64,000 nt of DNA, from the NCBI GenBank assembly GCA_951406725.2, contig OX597814.1, forward strand, positions 16,120,001 through 16,184,000, written 5' to 3'. Shown here piece after piece: positions 11,471 through 25,597 of this stretch. The DNA comes from Octopus vulgaris. Taxonomy: Eukaryota. Made by a program: the position numbers and the translations under genes. The notes below the pieces were generated by a model. It was not told where the DNA came from. It did not search any database and was given only the letters and a program-made list of their open reading frames with translations. Each line of letters opens with the position of its first letter. Position 1 is the stretch's first letter.

Positions 11471-12479
11471 GAGGTAACAGTGTATATGTGTGTACCTATG
11501 TGCAAGAGTGTCTGTATGTACTTTCAATCTGCATATTGACACGTGTATATATGCAAATACACACGCACACATTTATTTATACACATAAGCATATGCACGT
11601 ATACGTATTTACATATGTATGTTTGTGCGTGTGTGCGTGTGTGTGTCTGCGCGCGCGTGTGTGTCTGTGTGTGTACAAGTATTTAACATGTATAGTGAGA
11701 AAGCCTTTTGTAATTTAACACTCTAGCCATAGAAGGGTTAAACGCTAGCAAGTATTTTCTATTATCGCAAATGATTCTGTGATGTCGTGTTCACGCAGTA
11801 AGGTCTAAGCAGTCCATTTCATAAAAATGGCAATAAACTGGACAGTGTCCAGCAGAGCTTTGATCAAAGTAGACTAGATAACAGCGGAGTATTGGTATTA
11901 CTTTCAAATGTCTTTGCTGACAGCTTTGGCATGCGATAGCAACGTATGGAAATTTTAATATCTTAACATCTTAATCTTACCATTCCTATATGTGTGGCCT
12001 AACTATGTGCCAGATTCGATGAAGTGCGTTGATGCGACAGGGGCAGAGAGTAAGGGAGGATAGCGTAGGAACAAAGATAGAGACAGAGACAGTGAGAGAT
12101 AGAGAGAAAAGTATAAAGACATTGAGATAGAGCGATAGGGAGACAGTGAGAGATTGAGAGGAAGTAGATTAGCGAAAAACAGAGACAGATGATGGTGGGA
12201 AAAGCAGTAGAAGAAGCGTTTCATATATTAGCTAGAAGGCGATTAACGGCGAAATAAAGGATAACTACAGAGAATGCGGAGATCGAATGTAGCAGATGAG
12301 ATTGATATAAAATAGAAAAAATGCATTTGTTATCGTAGATATTGTTATATTAGTTATGTTGCTGCTGTTATTGTTGTTGTTGTTCTTCTAGTTTGTGCGG
12401 GTGTCGTTGTTATTGTGATTAAAATATCAGGGTTTTAGATCGAATGATATCGTTCGAGAATCGGAAAAACAAATACCTT

Positions 12480-12830
12480 GCTGTGGCTTAGTAACGACCC
12501 ATTTTTACGTTCTGTGTTCAAATCCCATTAACGTCATCCTTTCATTCCTCTGGAGCTGACGAAATAGAACACCAGTTTAGTACTGAGGCCTGTCAATATC
12601 GTCAAACACACCCTAACTCAGAAACATTATTATGGTTTTCTTGTTCTGTTTTTATGGCGACAGAATCGTCAGAGTGACCGAAGAAGCTGCGTTTCGCCTA
12701 TTCTTTCGGCTCTTCTCATCCTGACTTCAAATCTCACTGAAGTGAATTTTATTTTCATTGTCGATATAATCGAATAGCCCTCTCCCTAAAGTTCAAGGCC
12801 TCGCGCCTTTAGCAAAAAATATTGCTATTA
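12480..12830 (+). mobile_element. Two highly degenerate SINE A copies
   Basis: 'ttacgttctgtgttcaaatccc...ctttcattcctc' and 'ctgacttcaaatctc...tcaaggcctcgcgcctttagc'. Confidence 0.6.
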
Positions 12831-12834
12831 TTAT

Positions 12835-15620
12835 TTTCATATACACACAAAACAGATTAGACTGTTGGAAAAGAAAGATTCCAAACATCAGATTCGAACA
12901 GTAACCTTAGATGACAAGAACCCTCTTAAGTTTCCTAGCTGTCCCTAATAACACTGTTTTCTGCAGCTGTACTAAGTAGGTTTTATGCCTACTTCCTCTA
13001 CCCATCTGCCAGTTCTTTAGGGATAGTTCCCAATGCACCTATAACTACTGGGATACTTTTAACCCGCACATTCCATAGTCTCTTTAAGTCAACGGCTTGG
13101 TATTGGTACTTTGCTATTTTTCCTATATCTCTCATTTTAATTTTCTCATCATTTGAGACTGCAAAGTCAATTATCTAGCACTTTCTATTCCCTTTACTTA
13201 CTACTACTAAATCAGGCCTAGCTTCTTTTAGTCAGCCTGAATGTTAAACATCCAGTATTTCTTACTTTCTAGTACTTTACTAGGTTCATGTTCATATAAC
13301 TTATTAGTATATTGAAATCCTTGCTTTCTACATAGCTCCCAGTAAATTACTATCCCAAAGTTATGATGTCTTACCTTGTATTCTTTCTGTGCAAGTATAC
13401 TACATCCACTTACCATATGAGTAACGCTTTCCTCTTTTTATTTGTATAATATACTTTGGGAATCTACATGATTTTATCCAACAATCCTTAATGCTTGATC
13501 TTATGCTGCTACTAACAAACTTTGTGTCTCTCTTTTCAGCCTTAATTTCTGCAACCATATCCATGTCTCACTACTACTATTTACTGTAACTATCTTTAGG
13601 AATCTACCATGGAATGCCATTTCAAATTTCGCTTTCATTTCAGTAGTTAGTACTCTGTCAGATGATACTAATACTCCTAGATACTTATAACTCTCTACTC
13701 CTTTCAATGATTTTCATGTCTGGCCATCTGTTAATTGGATGCCTTCGCTGTTGACTACCTGTCCCCTTCTCATGACTAATATTCCACACTTACCTATGCC
13801 AAATTCCATGCCTATATCTTCGCTGAAGAGTCTTACAGACTGTATTAAAGAATCTCTCTTTTTCATTCTTTCTAAAAAGTTTCAAACCATTCAAGTAGAG
13901 CAAATGGTTGATTTTTCTATTACTATTTCTGAACTGATACCCTGCATTTGCCTTCCTTAATACTAAACTGAGGGGTATCAAACATAAGACAAATATTAGA
14001 GAGGACAGCAAGTCCCTTTGGAAAATTCCTCTTTTGATATTAACTTTCCTTAAGAGTGTGCCACCTGAGTAGAGATCTACTTTTTATTTCTTCATGCTAA
14101 AGCTAATTAATTCTCTTATGTTGTCTGGTATACTGAATATACGCACACATCACGTCGTAGGCCTTCCTATAATCTGTCCATGCTATTGTTATATTTTTCT
14201 TTCTAGATCTTACTTAATTCAGAACAGCTTTGTCTATATATGATAGATCAGGCGTTCCTCTAGCCTTCTTCTTGCAACGTTTCTGTTCAACTGATAGAAA
14301 ATTCAGATTGTCAAGGCGCTCATAAAAGCTTTCTGAAAGCATTCCTGTCCACAGCTTCCACACTAATGACAAGCAAGTGATTGGTCTATAGTTGCTAGCT
14401 GTATTACCCTTGCTCTTATCCTTCATAATAAGTATTGCCCTTCTTCTAGTCGTCCAGTCTGGTATTATTCTTCCATTAAGGACATCGTGAAGTTGTTCCC
14501 TCAGCCTCTCATGTAAACTACTGAATTTCTTTAGCCAGTACCCTTGAACTACATCTGGTCCCGGGCCCTTCCAATTCGGGATTTTTCCCTAACACTTTAC
14601 TCATAAATGCACAAGGTAATCTTAGATTTGGTTGATACTCACTCACTACTTTTTTCTTCACTTTCTTTAAGCATACTGCATCTCCATTATGATAGATTGG
14701 TTTATCCCAAATATTACTCAAGAAATTTCTATCTTCCTCTGCATTAGGTTTCTCATCTTCAGTCCTTCGTTCTCAAATATTTATGAGGTTATAAAAATTC
14801 TCTGGTCTGCCTCAAATAGTCTGTTCTATTGATACTGATCAGTTTTTTTACTGATATTGGAGAGCCTGCTTGCTATTGCTATGATACGCTGTTTCATCTC
14901 TCCTATTATTGTCCCCAATCCTTTCTCTTTGATTAAATATCTTTCCGGAGGGAAGATTTGCATCTTGTGTTTTCTAACATGTTTGTTTTCCTGACTTTTA
15001 TTCAACTCAGATCTTGTCTTAAAGTGTTCACCTTATTTTTTAGTCTCCTTTTCATTATTGGTTCTTTCTTAATCTTTCCCTGTGGAATATCTCATCTCCT
15101 GGTGACTACTACACCTCCTGCATAGATCAATAAAATAGTGTCTTCTATATTTTCAGTATATTTCCTACTGGTAACAGAATCTACTTTCCTAGTCATTTTT
15201 GCAGCTTTCTTCTGCTGGTACGTTTTAATGCTGGCAATCTTTTTCTTACTTTTTACTCATTACTTCACAATTCACCTAAAATCTTCTAATCTTCCTCACT
15301 TAAATCACTTAAGTCGTTGGTACCAGTCGTTCCATCCTTATTGGTAGCGCTATTATTATTTGTTTCCTTTAGGTTCTTCTTTGTTTTGAGCTACATCTCT
15401 TATGTTGTTCGTCTTTCCCATTGCCTGGTCTTTCATTTACAGTTCTATAGTGAGCACTTCTACCTCCAATTCTGTCATCCACTTTCTTCTAATAGTATTA
15501 GCTTGATCTACTGATTCCTGCTCAGTCACTTTGAACATACTCCTCTCTACCGAAAGTGTTAACATCTGTTTTCTTAGCCCCTTCTTTTAGGTTCACTTTC
15601 TAAGTATCAGTGTATCATTA
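12835..15620 (-). mobile_element. Old, degenerate R4/Dong-type non-LTR retrotransposon (RT + CCHC + RLE)
   Basis: Ordered motifs: SNIWDKP, KDKSKGNTASNYRPITCL, INHLLYLNGLKLF, YKYLGV, VSGCSILAQKEYKVRH, QLQKTVLLGTARKLKRVL*; many stops and frameshifts. 5' limit approximate. Confidence 0.88.
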
Positions 15621-15639
15621 TCTTTTTTCTACGCTGGTC

Positions 15640-16200
15640 CACTTCCTACTTGCTCAATTATCTACTGATGTTGCATTAGGGTGACAACTTTGTTCAATCT
15701 GCATCTTTACTGTTTCACTGCCAAGCGTGAGGCCTTCCTTCAAAGGTCCAGCTTCATTTTCGCTGTTACAATCAGAGTTCTTCCGAAACGTCTGTCACTC
15801 ATAAACTGAGGTAAGGTACAGTTCATCACCACTTATTTTTCGATATCTGAAATTTCCAGCAACTTTCTGTTGCACCTTTATGCTGGTGAGGTGGAGTATG
15901 CTGTATTTTGTTTTGAGCGGGAAAGGTATTGTATTGTATTAGTACGTTTCGTTATAGGGTTGTGTTTGAGTCTTCCGTTGTATTAGTTTTTATTTTGTGT
16001 GTTGTTTGTGTAGAGCAGGTTGTGTTCTCCTGTCAAGTATTGGCCTTCTATGGCACCCGTGTGTTTTGTTCATTTTGTTGAGAATATACAGAACGAATTT
16101 ATTATTGTATGTTTTTGGAGGAGTGATGTATAGTAGTGTGTGTATAACTACTAAATCAACTATTTTATAGTATTTATGATTATCCTTCCGCCGTTCTTTT
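15640..16200 (-). pseudogene. Possible very degenerate PLE GIY-YIG remnant
   Basis: Minus strand gives AIEGQYLTGEHNLLY and HKGATESCWKF, weakly resembling CPLxGxCL...Y and YIGxTExxFKxR. Confidence 0.35.
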
Positions 16201-16226
16201 GCTTGGTTTTGTTATGGGTTTCGTTA

Positions 16227-16307
<81 letters not shown>
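16227..16307. repeat. (ATT)n array at the Dong 3' junction
   Basis: Direct reading. Confidence 0.95.
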
Positions 16308-16310
<3 letters not shown>

Positions 16311-17646
16311 TAGTTTTATTTTTATAGCGTGCTTTCACTTCACTACCGAGCGCAGCTCTGTGTGCCTTGGGTATGTGCTGTGATTTGTTGTGATGCTCTG
16401 ATGGTTATTGTATGGAAAGTGTTCTACGTAGGATGTGTGCAGTGCCTAGTAGTGCGATTTTCTGTATATTATATGTGTTTGTAAGTCCTGGTGTTTTTGT
16501 TATGTATTTGTCTGAATATTTTTTTATCATGCCTAATGCACCTACTATGATAGAAATTGTTTCTGTTTTCAGATTCCACATTCTAGTTACCTCTATTTCC
16601 AGATCTTTGTATTTTGAGAGTTTCTCCATTTCTTTTAGAGACACGTTGTCATCTGCCGGTATTGATACATCAATTAGAAAGCTTTTTTTCTTCATGATCT
16701 CTGACAACTATATCTGGTCTGTTGGCCTTAATTTCTCTATCTGTGTGTATCGGCATATCCCAGAGTATGGTTGCTTTCTCGTTTTCTGTGACCTTTTCTG
16801 GTGTGTGCCTATACCATCTTTTTTCTGTTGTTATTCCATAATGTTGGCATAGCTTCCAATGTATGTAGGTTCCAACTCTGTCATGTCTGTGAATATATTC
16901 CTTCTTAGCCAGGACTGAGCAGCTAGAGATAATATGATTTATTGTTTCTTGTCCATCTCCACATATTCTGCAGTTACTTGTAATATTTCTTTTCATTACA
17001 TGTTTTTGGTAATTTCTGGTGGGGAGGCTTTGGTCTTGTGCTGCAATTAAAAATCCCTCTGTTTCTGCTTTGAGTCCTGAGCTTCTCAACCATTGCTGGG
17101 ATTTTTCTTTGTCTATTTCTTTTGCGTTTAGTTTAGTCCAGTATTTACCATGAAGGGGCTTTTCTTGCCATCGTTTTATCATGGTTCGTTGCTGTTCTAT
17201 TTTTAGTTTGGATTTCATTTTTTTATAGCTTTTGTTGTTTCTTCATCATCTTCTTCTTCTTCTTCTTCTTCGTGTTTATTAGGTGGTATGATTTCTTGTT
17301 TGTATTTGTCAGCTTCCTTAAATACTGAGAACAGTATTTTGTTTTGCTCGTGTTTTGCTGCTATCTGGATCAGTTTTCCTTCCTTCTGAAGTAGATATTT
17401 TTGTAGTCCTATGGTGGTTATTTTATAGTAGTTTTCCAGCTGTATAAGGCTTCTACCACCTTCTATACGTTGTATATATAGTCTTTCTATGTCAGATTTT
17501 GGGTGATGCATCCTAGATCCTGTCAGTATTTTTCTTGTTTTCCTATCTATTTTGGACAGTTCATTTCGTGTCCAGTTAAGGATATTGTAGCTGTAACTTA
17601 TAACTGGGACAGCTAAAGTGCTGATACCTATTATCTTGTTTTTAGC
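16308..17646 (-). mobile_element. Young 5'-truncated R4/Dong-type retrotransposon (thumb, CCHC knuckle, RLE, 3'UTR)
   Basis: ORFs 17215-17511, 16670-17218 and 16405-16707: HPKSDIERLY, AAQDQSL, CRIC...HIISSC, RHD, RPDIV, LIDVSIP, KLSKYKDL, QKIALLGTAHILRRTL; (ATT)n on both sides. Confidence 0.95.
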
Positions 17647-17656
17647 ATTATTATGA

Positions 17657-17738
<82 letters not shown>

Positions 17739-17741
<3 letters not shown>

Positions 17742-17801
17742 TAGTTTTATTTTTATAGCGTGCTTTCACTTCACTACCGAGCGCAGCTCTGTGTGCCTTG
17801 G

Positions 17802-17805
<4 letters not shown>
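17739..17805 (-). mobile_element. 67-bp extreme 3' end of the same Dong family inside (ATT)n
   Basis: Identical to 16308-16374. Confidence 0.95.
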
Positions 17806-17870
<65 letters not shown>

Positions 17871-17894
17871 GCTATTATTATTATTATTGTTATT

Positions 17895-18725
17895 ACTTTA
17901 CACAGCTTTTACACAGTCGTTCACTACCAGTGAACTAAGGTAGCATTTCTTATTTTTCGAACACCATCCGGAATATTCGAGCGGTTCCAAGCAGTACTGT
18001 TTTCTGCAAGTGCTTCACCATTATTGCAGCCCCTATTTGTTCCATGTACTTCTCAAGATTTTTGCTCAGTGTTCTCAGTGCTCTGACAATTATTGGTAAT
18101 AATACCACCTTTTTCGTCGACAACAACTGCTTAACCTCCCAAGCTAATCTGTTATATCTATCGATATTTCTTTCTTCTTTATCGCATAACCTGTTGCCAG
18201 CTAGGCATATCTATGATCCAGAATAGTTTGCTTTCTTTCTCAATTAAGACTATGTCTGGCTTTCTATTTTCTATCCCATGGTCGCACTGAATCATAAAAT
18301 CCCATAGACTCTTTGCATTATCATTTTTGATGATGCATTCGGGTTTACGGTCGTATAATTCTTTTGCTCTGTCAAGTCCATACTTGTTGCAACGTATCCA
18401 GTAGACAAGCCTTGCTATATTGTCGTGGCTTACCTTATATTCCTTCTGGGCATACATTCGCTGTTGATATGCCTCACGCTTTCCCCATTTTGTTCACAAA
18501 TTCTGCACTTATCACTTTTTGATGTGTTGTTTATTCTGTATTTTATATAATTTGTTCTTAGTGCTTGCTCTTGGGCAACACATGTTAGAGCCTCTGTTTC
18601 CGGGTTAAAATTACTTTTAGTCATCCACAGCTATCTTTTTCCTCTGTCTGTCTTACCTTCAACATCCCTATGAAGTTGTCCATGAATTGTTTCCATTGTT
18701 TTGCCATAACTTTTTAATGGGCCAC
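17895..18725 (-). mobile_element. Second R4/Dong-type family, degenerate 3' part
   Basis: AQEQALRTNY, CRICEQNGESVRHINSEC, SHDNIAR, LWDFMIQCDH, RKPDIV; homologous to 28370-29090. Confidence 0.9.
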
Positions 18726-18789
18726 AATTCTGAAATATATAAGAAAGTATGTAGTAAATATATTTGATCATGATATATTACTGGTCTTG

Positions 18790-18970
18790 AAGGCGGCGAG
18801 CTGGCAGAATCGTTAGCACGCCGGCCAACATGCATATCGGCATTTCGTCCGTCTCTACGTTCTGAGTTCATATTCCGCCGAGGTTGACTTTGCCTTTCAT
18901 CTTTTTGGACTCAATAAAGTAAACGTCTTAAAGAGCACTGTGGTCGCTTTAATCGACGTAGCCACTCCGC
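18790..18970 (+). mobile_element. SINE A
   Basis: 'aaggcggcgagctggcagaatcgttagcacgccgg...ttccgccgaggttgactttgcctttcat'. Confidence 0.9.
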
Positions 18971-19741
18971 ACAAACTCTGGTATATGAAACCCCACCCAA
19001 TACTTATAAGCAAAACAATTCCAATAGAATTTGATACCAAGATGTAAAGAAGGGTAAATGCACAACACAAGATTTTACTCTGTTTCTGCCATTATATTCA
19101 CTTCAACTTAATTACATATTATATCGTAGTGAAAACAAAAGTGGAAGATAGAAAGAAATCTGTGTAGACATTCATTTCCCAAACGTAAACTAATTTCAAT
19201 CCTATTGCACTACCATTAATTACAACTCTGAAAATAATATACTTCGCACTTATTCTCTTATTAATATAGCAATTCTTTTTACTAATTAAAATGAAATCAG
19301 TATTCTTGAAGTTTTGCTATTCCTATTTGAAGTAATTTTTCTTGTTTTTTTTTAGCGCAGTTGGTTAATTATTTTAGATGCGTCAGCCATATGAGGGCTA
19401 GTTATTATATCATTAAAAAACTGGGAGGACAACGTCGTTAGATTTTAAACTAAAGGTTTAGAAAAGTAACTAAATACTATAATTTCGACCGGGTTCTAAA
19501 CACCGTGTTCATATACCACCCAAATGGTATTGACGGATAAAGCGTTTGATATTGCTATTGAGTTTTATTCCATAGCATTAGCACATGGCCACAAACTTTT
19601 GGAGTTGGAGACACTGAAGTAAATCGATCTTAGTATTTCAATATTAGTTATTTTATTAATATTACTAAGATGAAACACACAGTTCTCTGTAGGAATTTAC
19701 CCACGAAATTTAATAAACGAAACTATAAATACAATTACTCT

Positions 19742-20130
19742 TTTACTCCTTTACTTGTTTCAGTCATGTGACTGTGGCCATGCTGGAGCACCACCTTTAG
19801 TCGACGCCAGGGACTTATTCTTTGTAAGCCTAGTACTTATTCTATCGGTCATTTTTGCCGAACCGCTAAGTTACGGGGACGTAAACACACCAGCGATGTT
19901 GGGGAGACAAGTACAGACAAGAAAACACACACACGCACACACACACATATATATCTACATATATACGACAGGCTTCTTTACAGTTTCCGTTTACCAAATT
20001 CACTCAAAAGGCTTTCGTCGGCCCGAGGCTATAGTAGATGACACTTGCCCAAGGTGCCGTGCAGTGGGACTGTACCCTGAACAATGTGGTTCGTAAGCAA
20101 GCTACTTACCACACAGCCACTCCTACGTCT
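19742..20130 (-). mobile_element. Full-length SINE B
   Basis: Collinear with the 5906-6281 copy from head to tail. Confidence 0.92.
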
Positions 20131-21567
20131 ATTATTAATTATTTCGCTGCACCCCTGACATAATTCACCGCTCTTTCATATTTAATATTATGAATATTAT
20201 ATCATCATAGAAAACAATATGCTGGCACAATTCCATTTCAGTATTCCTTATTCTTACTTCAAATCCGCTAAGAATAGATGTTAGTTTTCTTTATTCATGG
20301 ATATATAAAATAATAACCAATATTGTCCTAGATACAGAACTATCCAATGTTCAGCAAGTCTGAACATAGTGAATCCTACATCCTCACCACTATATACATA
20401 ATCCTACTGATATTATTTATGAGAAGATCAACATAAACGTTACCGATTTCACAACTCTAAAGTGGGCCTTCAAAGGATATGGGCGATATTGCATTTTTAG
20501 TAAAATATTGTGTCTGAAGGAGCTTTCGGTACTGTTTCTAGCAATTTGAACAACCAAGTAAGGGCTCCCTAAATAGATCTAGTTTGAAGTGTTGCTGCGG
20601 TTGTTGTTGGTAAAGATATTCGGTTCAAATTGTTGCTTATTATAATTCTGAATAATTATGATAGGCTGTTTTTCAGAGAGATTACGATCGTTGTCATGCT
20701 TGTGAAATGTTATTTAAAAGAGGGCGGAATAAGAAGATGGAAAAAAAAAAATCTGAAGTATACAGGGATATCGAATATAAAGGAAGAAAACAGACATGAA
20801 AGCATAATAGGTGATAAGTGTTTCTAGGAATGGTTGAAAATGGTATGGATATTCGCAAATGTGGTAAATAAAGAAAATGTGAAGATGAGTAAAATAAATT
20901 GAAAAGATGGACAGATATAATTTCCATTACTGCGGAAATATAGTTAAATACAGAAAGCATTGACCATACTTTATCTGAAAGTAGAAACTAAAAGAGTTCG
21001 GGTTACATATACACAGACAGGGCAAGCCAGTAAAACAGAGAATGAGAGAGAAAGAAATAAAGAAAATGTAATATGATAAGAATAGAGAGGAAAAGTGAAA
21101 GAATGGTTGAGAATGATGGTGAGAGTGAAATATATAACATATTACCGAAAAGAGAGACAATCTGAAGAGTAACATGGAATACATGCATGATAGAATAATA
21201 GACAGATTGAAATGAGATAGATTGAAATATAGATAAATTTCGTATTTAAGTCAGAAGACCACATGGTTTTTAAGGGCGGGTTAGCAACGAAATTATATTA
21301 GAAATAAAAAAAGAAAAAGGTTAGGAATACATAAACAACAAATGTGTTAAAACTGACAGCTTCGCAGTAGTGTTTCATAACCTTGTGATCACATATGCGA
21401 AGCAAATTTATGTAGCGATATAGACAAAGAAATGTACACACACAAATACACACAGGCGTGCAGACGTACACACACACTCACATACACTTATATTGCAAAG
21501 CTTATAAAGATGTAAGAGATACACAGCTCTCATTGTTGCAACGTGATTTTAACAGTTTGCAATAATG

Positions 21568-22600
21568 TCATCATCATTTAGTTCCTCAAGACTCAAGGTA
21601 CAAGACCAACGTTTCCTTCCAGCCCTCTCTGTCTTAAGCAAGCGATGCAGTTTCAAACCAGTTTGTGTCACAAATGTGCAGGTCATATTTCAAAGGTAGA
21701 TCTACAAGTTTTCTTTGACCTACCTTTTGATCTGTTCCCACGAATTGGTAACCGTATTATTACCGTTCTTATTAGGATATTGTCTCCCATTCTTAGGACA
21801 TGTTCTGCCAGCCGCATTTTTCTGTATTTGCTGACAAGATTCAGACGTGAGGCACGGACTCCCCGAAGCACTTCCTCGTTAATTAACTTGTATTATCATA
21901 TAATGCCCATTATTTATTAGCGGCATCTTTGTTGGAAATTATCGTGTTTTTCAATTTTTGACGTACTCTGCCGCGTGTGAGAGGCATAAGTTGTTATTGA
22001 GATAACAATTGACCAGAATAATCTGAATTTGGTTCGTGACTTGAACCTCTTAGATTGCCATATACACTGAAATTTGTTGAAAATTCTAGCACAGTTGACT
22101 ATCCTTTGTTTTACATCAGTTTCACCATTGCCCTCTGCTGTCTGAACGCTACCAATTTATGCGAAGCGTTGAACCATCTCTATCTTTTTCCCAATGTTTG
22201 AGACTTTATTTACTTCACTGTTGGCACCTTTTTTTCACTTTTTGATTTTGATATATTTACACTGAAGCCATTAGCTAAAACATCAGCAAATTATTAATCT
22301 GCCAGTTTCATTTTTTTCTTTATTTTAAGCTACGTCCATATATATTCAAGACTCATCTCAGAATGTAGGCTAATATCAAGAAAAAGAATGGGGATAGGAT
22401 GCATCCTTGTTGCAGTCTAGATAGGATTGCAAAGAACTCAGTTAATATTTAACTAAACACTGATTTGCCTGGAGTACTGAGCTATGTTTCTGTACATGAA
22501 GCACCTTTCTTGAAGTAGAGCGTAAATATGAAAACCCGGATCAGATACGGCATTGCATATCAACTGATTCTTCTTAGCTAAATTCTAGACATGTACATTA
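21568..22600 (-). mobile_element. Degenerate RTE-clade LINE (RT to 3' end)
   Basis: Minus strand: LQQGCILSPFFF, FADV, RFA*IGS, RLAEHVLRM...PIRGNRSKGRSKKT, then short (GAT)n tail. Confidence 0.8.
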
Positions 22601-22823
22601 TTTTTCCACACCGAAAGGTTGACAGACAAACTTGACAACAACGGAGATTGAAATCAGGTTTTATTCGGGTGAAATAAGTGTCGTGGAGTATTTTGCCAAC
22701 AATCAGATGTCAGTGCTCATTAGGAATCAACAAATGTGTGTATGCGTGCGTGAGTATATACATTATATATATGCATGCGCATACATATACATAGACACGC
22801 ACCCCACCCATATATATATATAA

Positions 22824-22862
<39 letters not shown>

Positions 22863-22906
22863 CATACAAACATATATTCATACATACATACACCTACACG
22901 TGTATA

Positions 22907-22946
<40 letters not shown>

Positions 22947-25387
22947 GGCGTGAGTAGGAATTTGTTGACCACATAGGAGCAAAAAAATTGATATGTCGAA
23001 TTAGCTGCACAAGAATTAAATGTAAAATGTTCAGGGTCACTATATTTTTGCTGATGTAAGATTTACTAATATAATTGTCTGAAAATATAGCCTTTATTGA
23101 CTTTGATATACCAAAAATGTACTTACAATTCCTATTACAATACAGACCTTTTTGATGTCTATATAGTATGATATAAATTGATTGCAATCATTTCTTTTTT
23201 TATTCATTTAGTAACGCGACAGTGTAAACATTCAGCAGAAAATATTTCATTGAAACAAAGCTATAAAAATATTCATTATAACATTTCAGTAAGTGTTCAA
23301 TCCAGCTTTCCTTTTTATCTACCAATGTGTAATGGCGCTATAATTTATGACACATATTATCGAGTTTAGATTAAATATATTAATTTCTTTCTTCCGCTGT
23401 TCTGCTCTTAGAGGTTGTTTGCAGATTTTGTATAAGTGATATTATGCAATTCTGTTAAACCAATTTATTTATCACACTCAAAATTCCATTTTCACCTCAC
23501 TAACAGCATCTTTAGTTTCATCGACCCTATTGTATATGGAGATTGAAAACTCTATAATGCACTATATAAATGCGAAATACGACGCATTTCAAGGAATGCC
23601 CAGTGTATCTCCAGACTCCATGACTTAGCTCTTGAATTTTTCATTAAGTCAACATATCACATCACAGGCAGTAGCGATTAACGTATAAGATTATTCTGTT
23701 TTTGTCAGTAAATCTAAAGTCGAAGTTGGGCTCCTAAAATGTTGAGTTAATTCTTTCCTTGGGGAATACAAGAATGCTATTTATTCTCTTAATACTTTAC
23801 TCTCTCTTCACTACAACACCACTCTCTCAATCCATTTCGCCTTTTGGAAACACCACTATTGTTCAGTAATGATATACTTGTAGTGGTGTTTGTGTATGTA
23901 CCCATCGCCTGTACTTTTTACAATGATATTCTCTAGAATTGTCTGCTCATTATTTGATCACTGTCTGCGCATTCATGTATGTATCCGAATATTAATGCAT
24001 ACTCGTACAAACTGCAGATGTATGTAAATTTATATATAGTTAAAGAGCAACACTTGTTTTTCCCTTGCGCAAAATGTAAGTATTCCTTGTATCATCCGCT
24101 GTTTGAACGTTTATTTATACATACATACTACCTATGTGCTTGTAGACAGATTCTTCTAACGTTACGAACATAACCTTTTTTCAACAAAGATCAGCGACAT
24201 CAAAATCTTCCATTCTTTGTGGCATTCGAAGTTACATTACTTTAAGAATATCATCGAATATATTTTGCCACAAAGACCAGGAATAGTTTCCTCAGAATTC
24301 TTCCAGACTTTGTCGGTTAGGACATTGCCCAGTATTCTAAATACCATATGGTTACATCAATTTCGTCTTATATAATTTTTATTGTTACACTATTCGACTG
24401 CGAAGAAATTCTGTTTGGAGTATCAGAATTTATTTCCTCTTGGGACATGCTAGCTTATATAATTTGAATACATTTTTCGTACTAAATTATATTTTCAAAT
24501 AGTAGAGTCGAGTGACACTAATATATAATGTGTCTGCAACAGGATTAATTCTAATTTACAAATGAAATATCTAATTTTCTTTCCACTAAGTGTTTGCATA
24601 AGTATGTAATGCTATAAATATCGGAATAGATATAAAGAATGCACGATTCTTCTAATCAAATACATTGCAACTAGTTTAAGTAAATTTTGAAATGATATTA
24701 CTAAACAGTACGCAATTTAACATTTTATTAATGTTCTGGAAAGAAAGGAGAAGATATATTCGGGCATAATAAAAGTGCTGAAGGAAAAGAGAAACTCATG
24801 AGGCGGAAATGTTTGCACGGAAGTGGAATGGTCAGAAGTATCCCCAATGCGTATTTATCATTGCAGATGCGGTAGGAAAAGGAAGAGGTGAGCATGTCAC
24901 TAAGTTTGTGGTTATCAGTCGCGCTACCGTGTCTAAGATGTCGGTTAGAGCAGCAAAAACACGTGAGAGCAGAGCAGCTCTGTGAGTCCCACCTTAGCTT
25001 TGCAGAGAATAAATAAATGTTTTAAGTGACGTTTCTTCTTGCTCTGAAGGGTACTGTCAGCCACAAGGATACTATTGTAGCTATGCTAAGGATGGGCTTT
25101 CGTTACGAGAGTTCCTTAATATTTTGATACCCAAATTTTAAATTTCTTATGAAGGCTGTAGGTAGCTGTTGCACATGAATAAATGTGATAGAATGAAGCT
25201 TCTTAAAAGAAAAGAGTTTGCATTTCTTTACAGATAGAGGAACGAGATTAGTCATACATCTATAGGAGGATACTTTCAACTCTCTCTACATGAAGTCAGT
25301 GTGTTGCAATGATGTGTACTCGATTGTATTCTTTGTGACAAGATCTATCATTTTTCGAGCCAACATACACAGTCAAAATTTTCCATA

Positions 25388-25430
<43 letters not shown>

Positions 25431-25597
25431 AAATAAGGGTGAAAAATTGTATATTAATTTAATAATATCAGTTTAAAACACCAATGATTTTAGTGGCTAG
25501 CGTAAGGAAGTTCACTTTTAGTGGATCCCTCTCATATATATATATATATCTTAGTTATATATATATATATATATATAAAATCTTTAAATCCTTAAAA

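Noticed and set aside
11715-11741. 'ttaacact...agggttaa' resembling collapsed piggyBac ends
   Set aside because: Too short and imperfect to distinguish from chance.
16227-17895. CRISPR-like repeat/spacer appearance
   Set aside because: Repeats are variable-length (ATT)n and the inserts are retrotransposon ends; eukaryotic context, no cas genes.
23400-24960. Possible further LINE or Tc1 remnants
   Set aside because: Only faint motif echoes; cannot be supported without a profile search.
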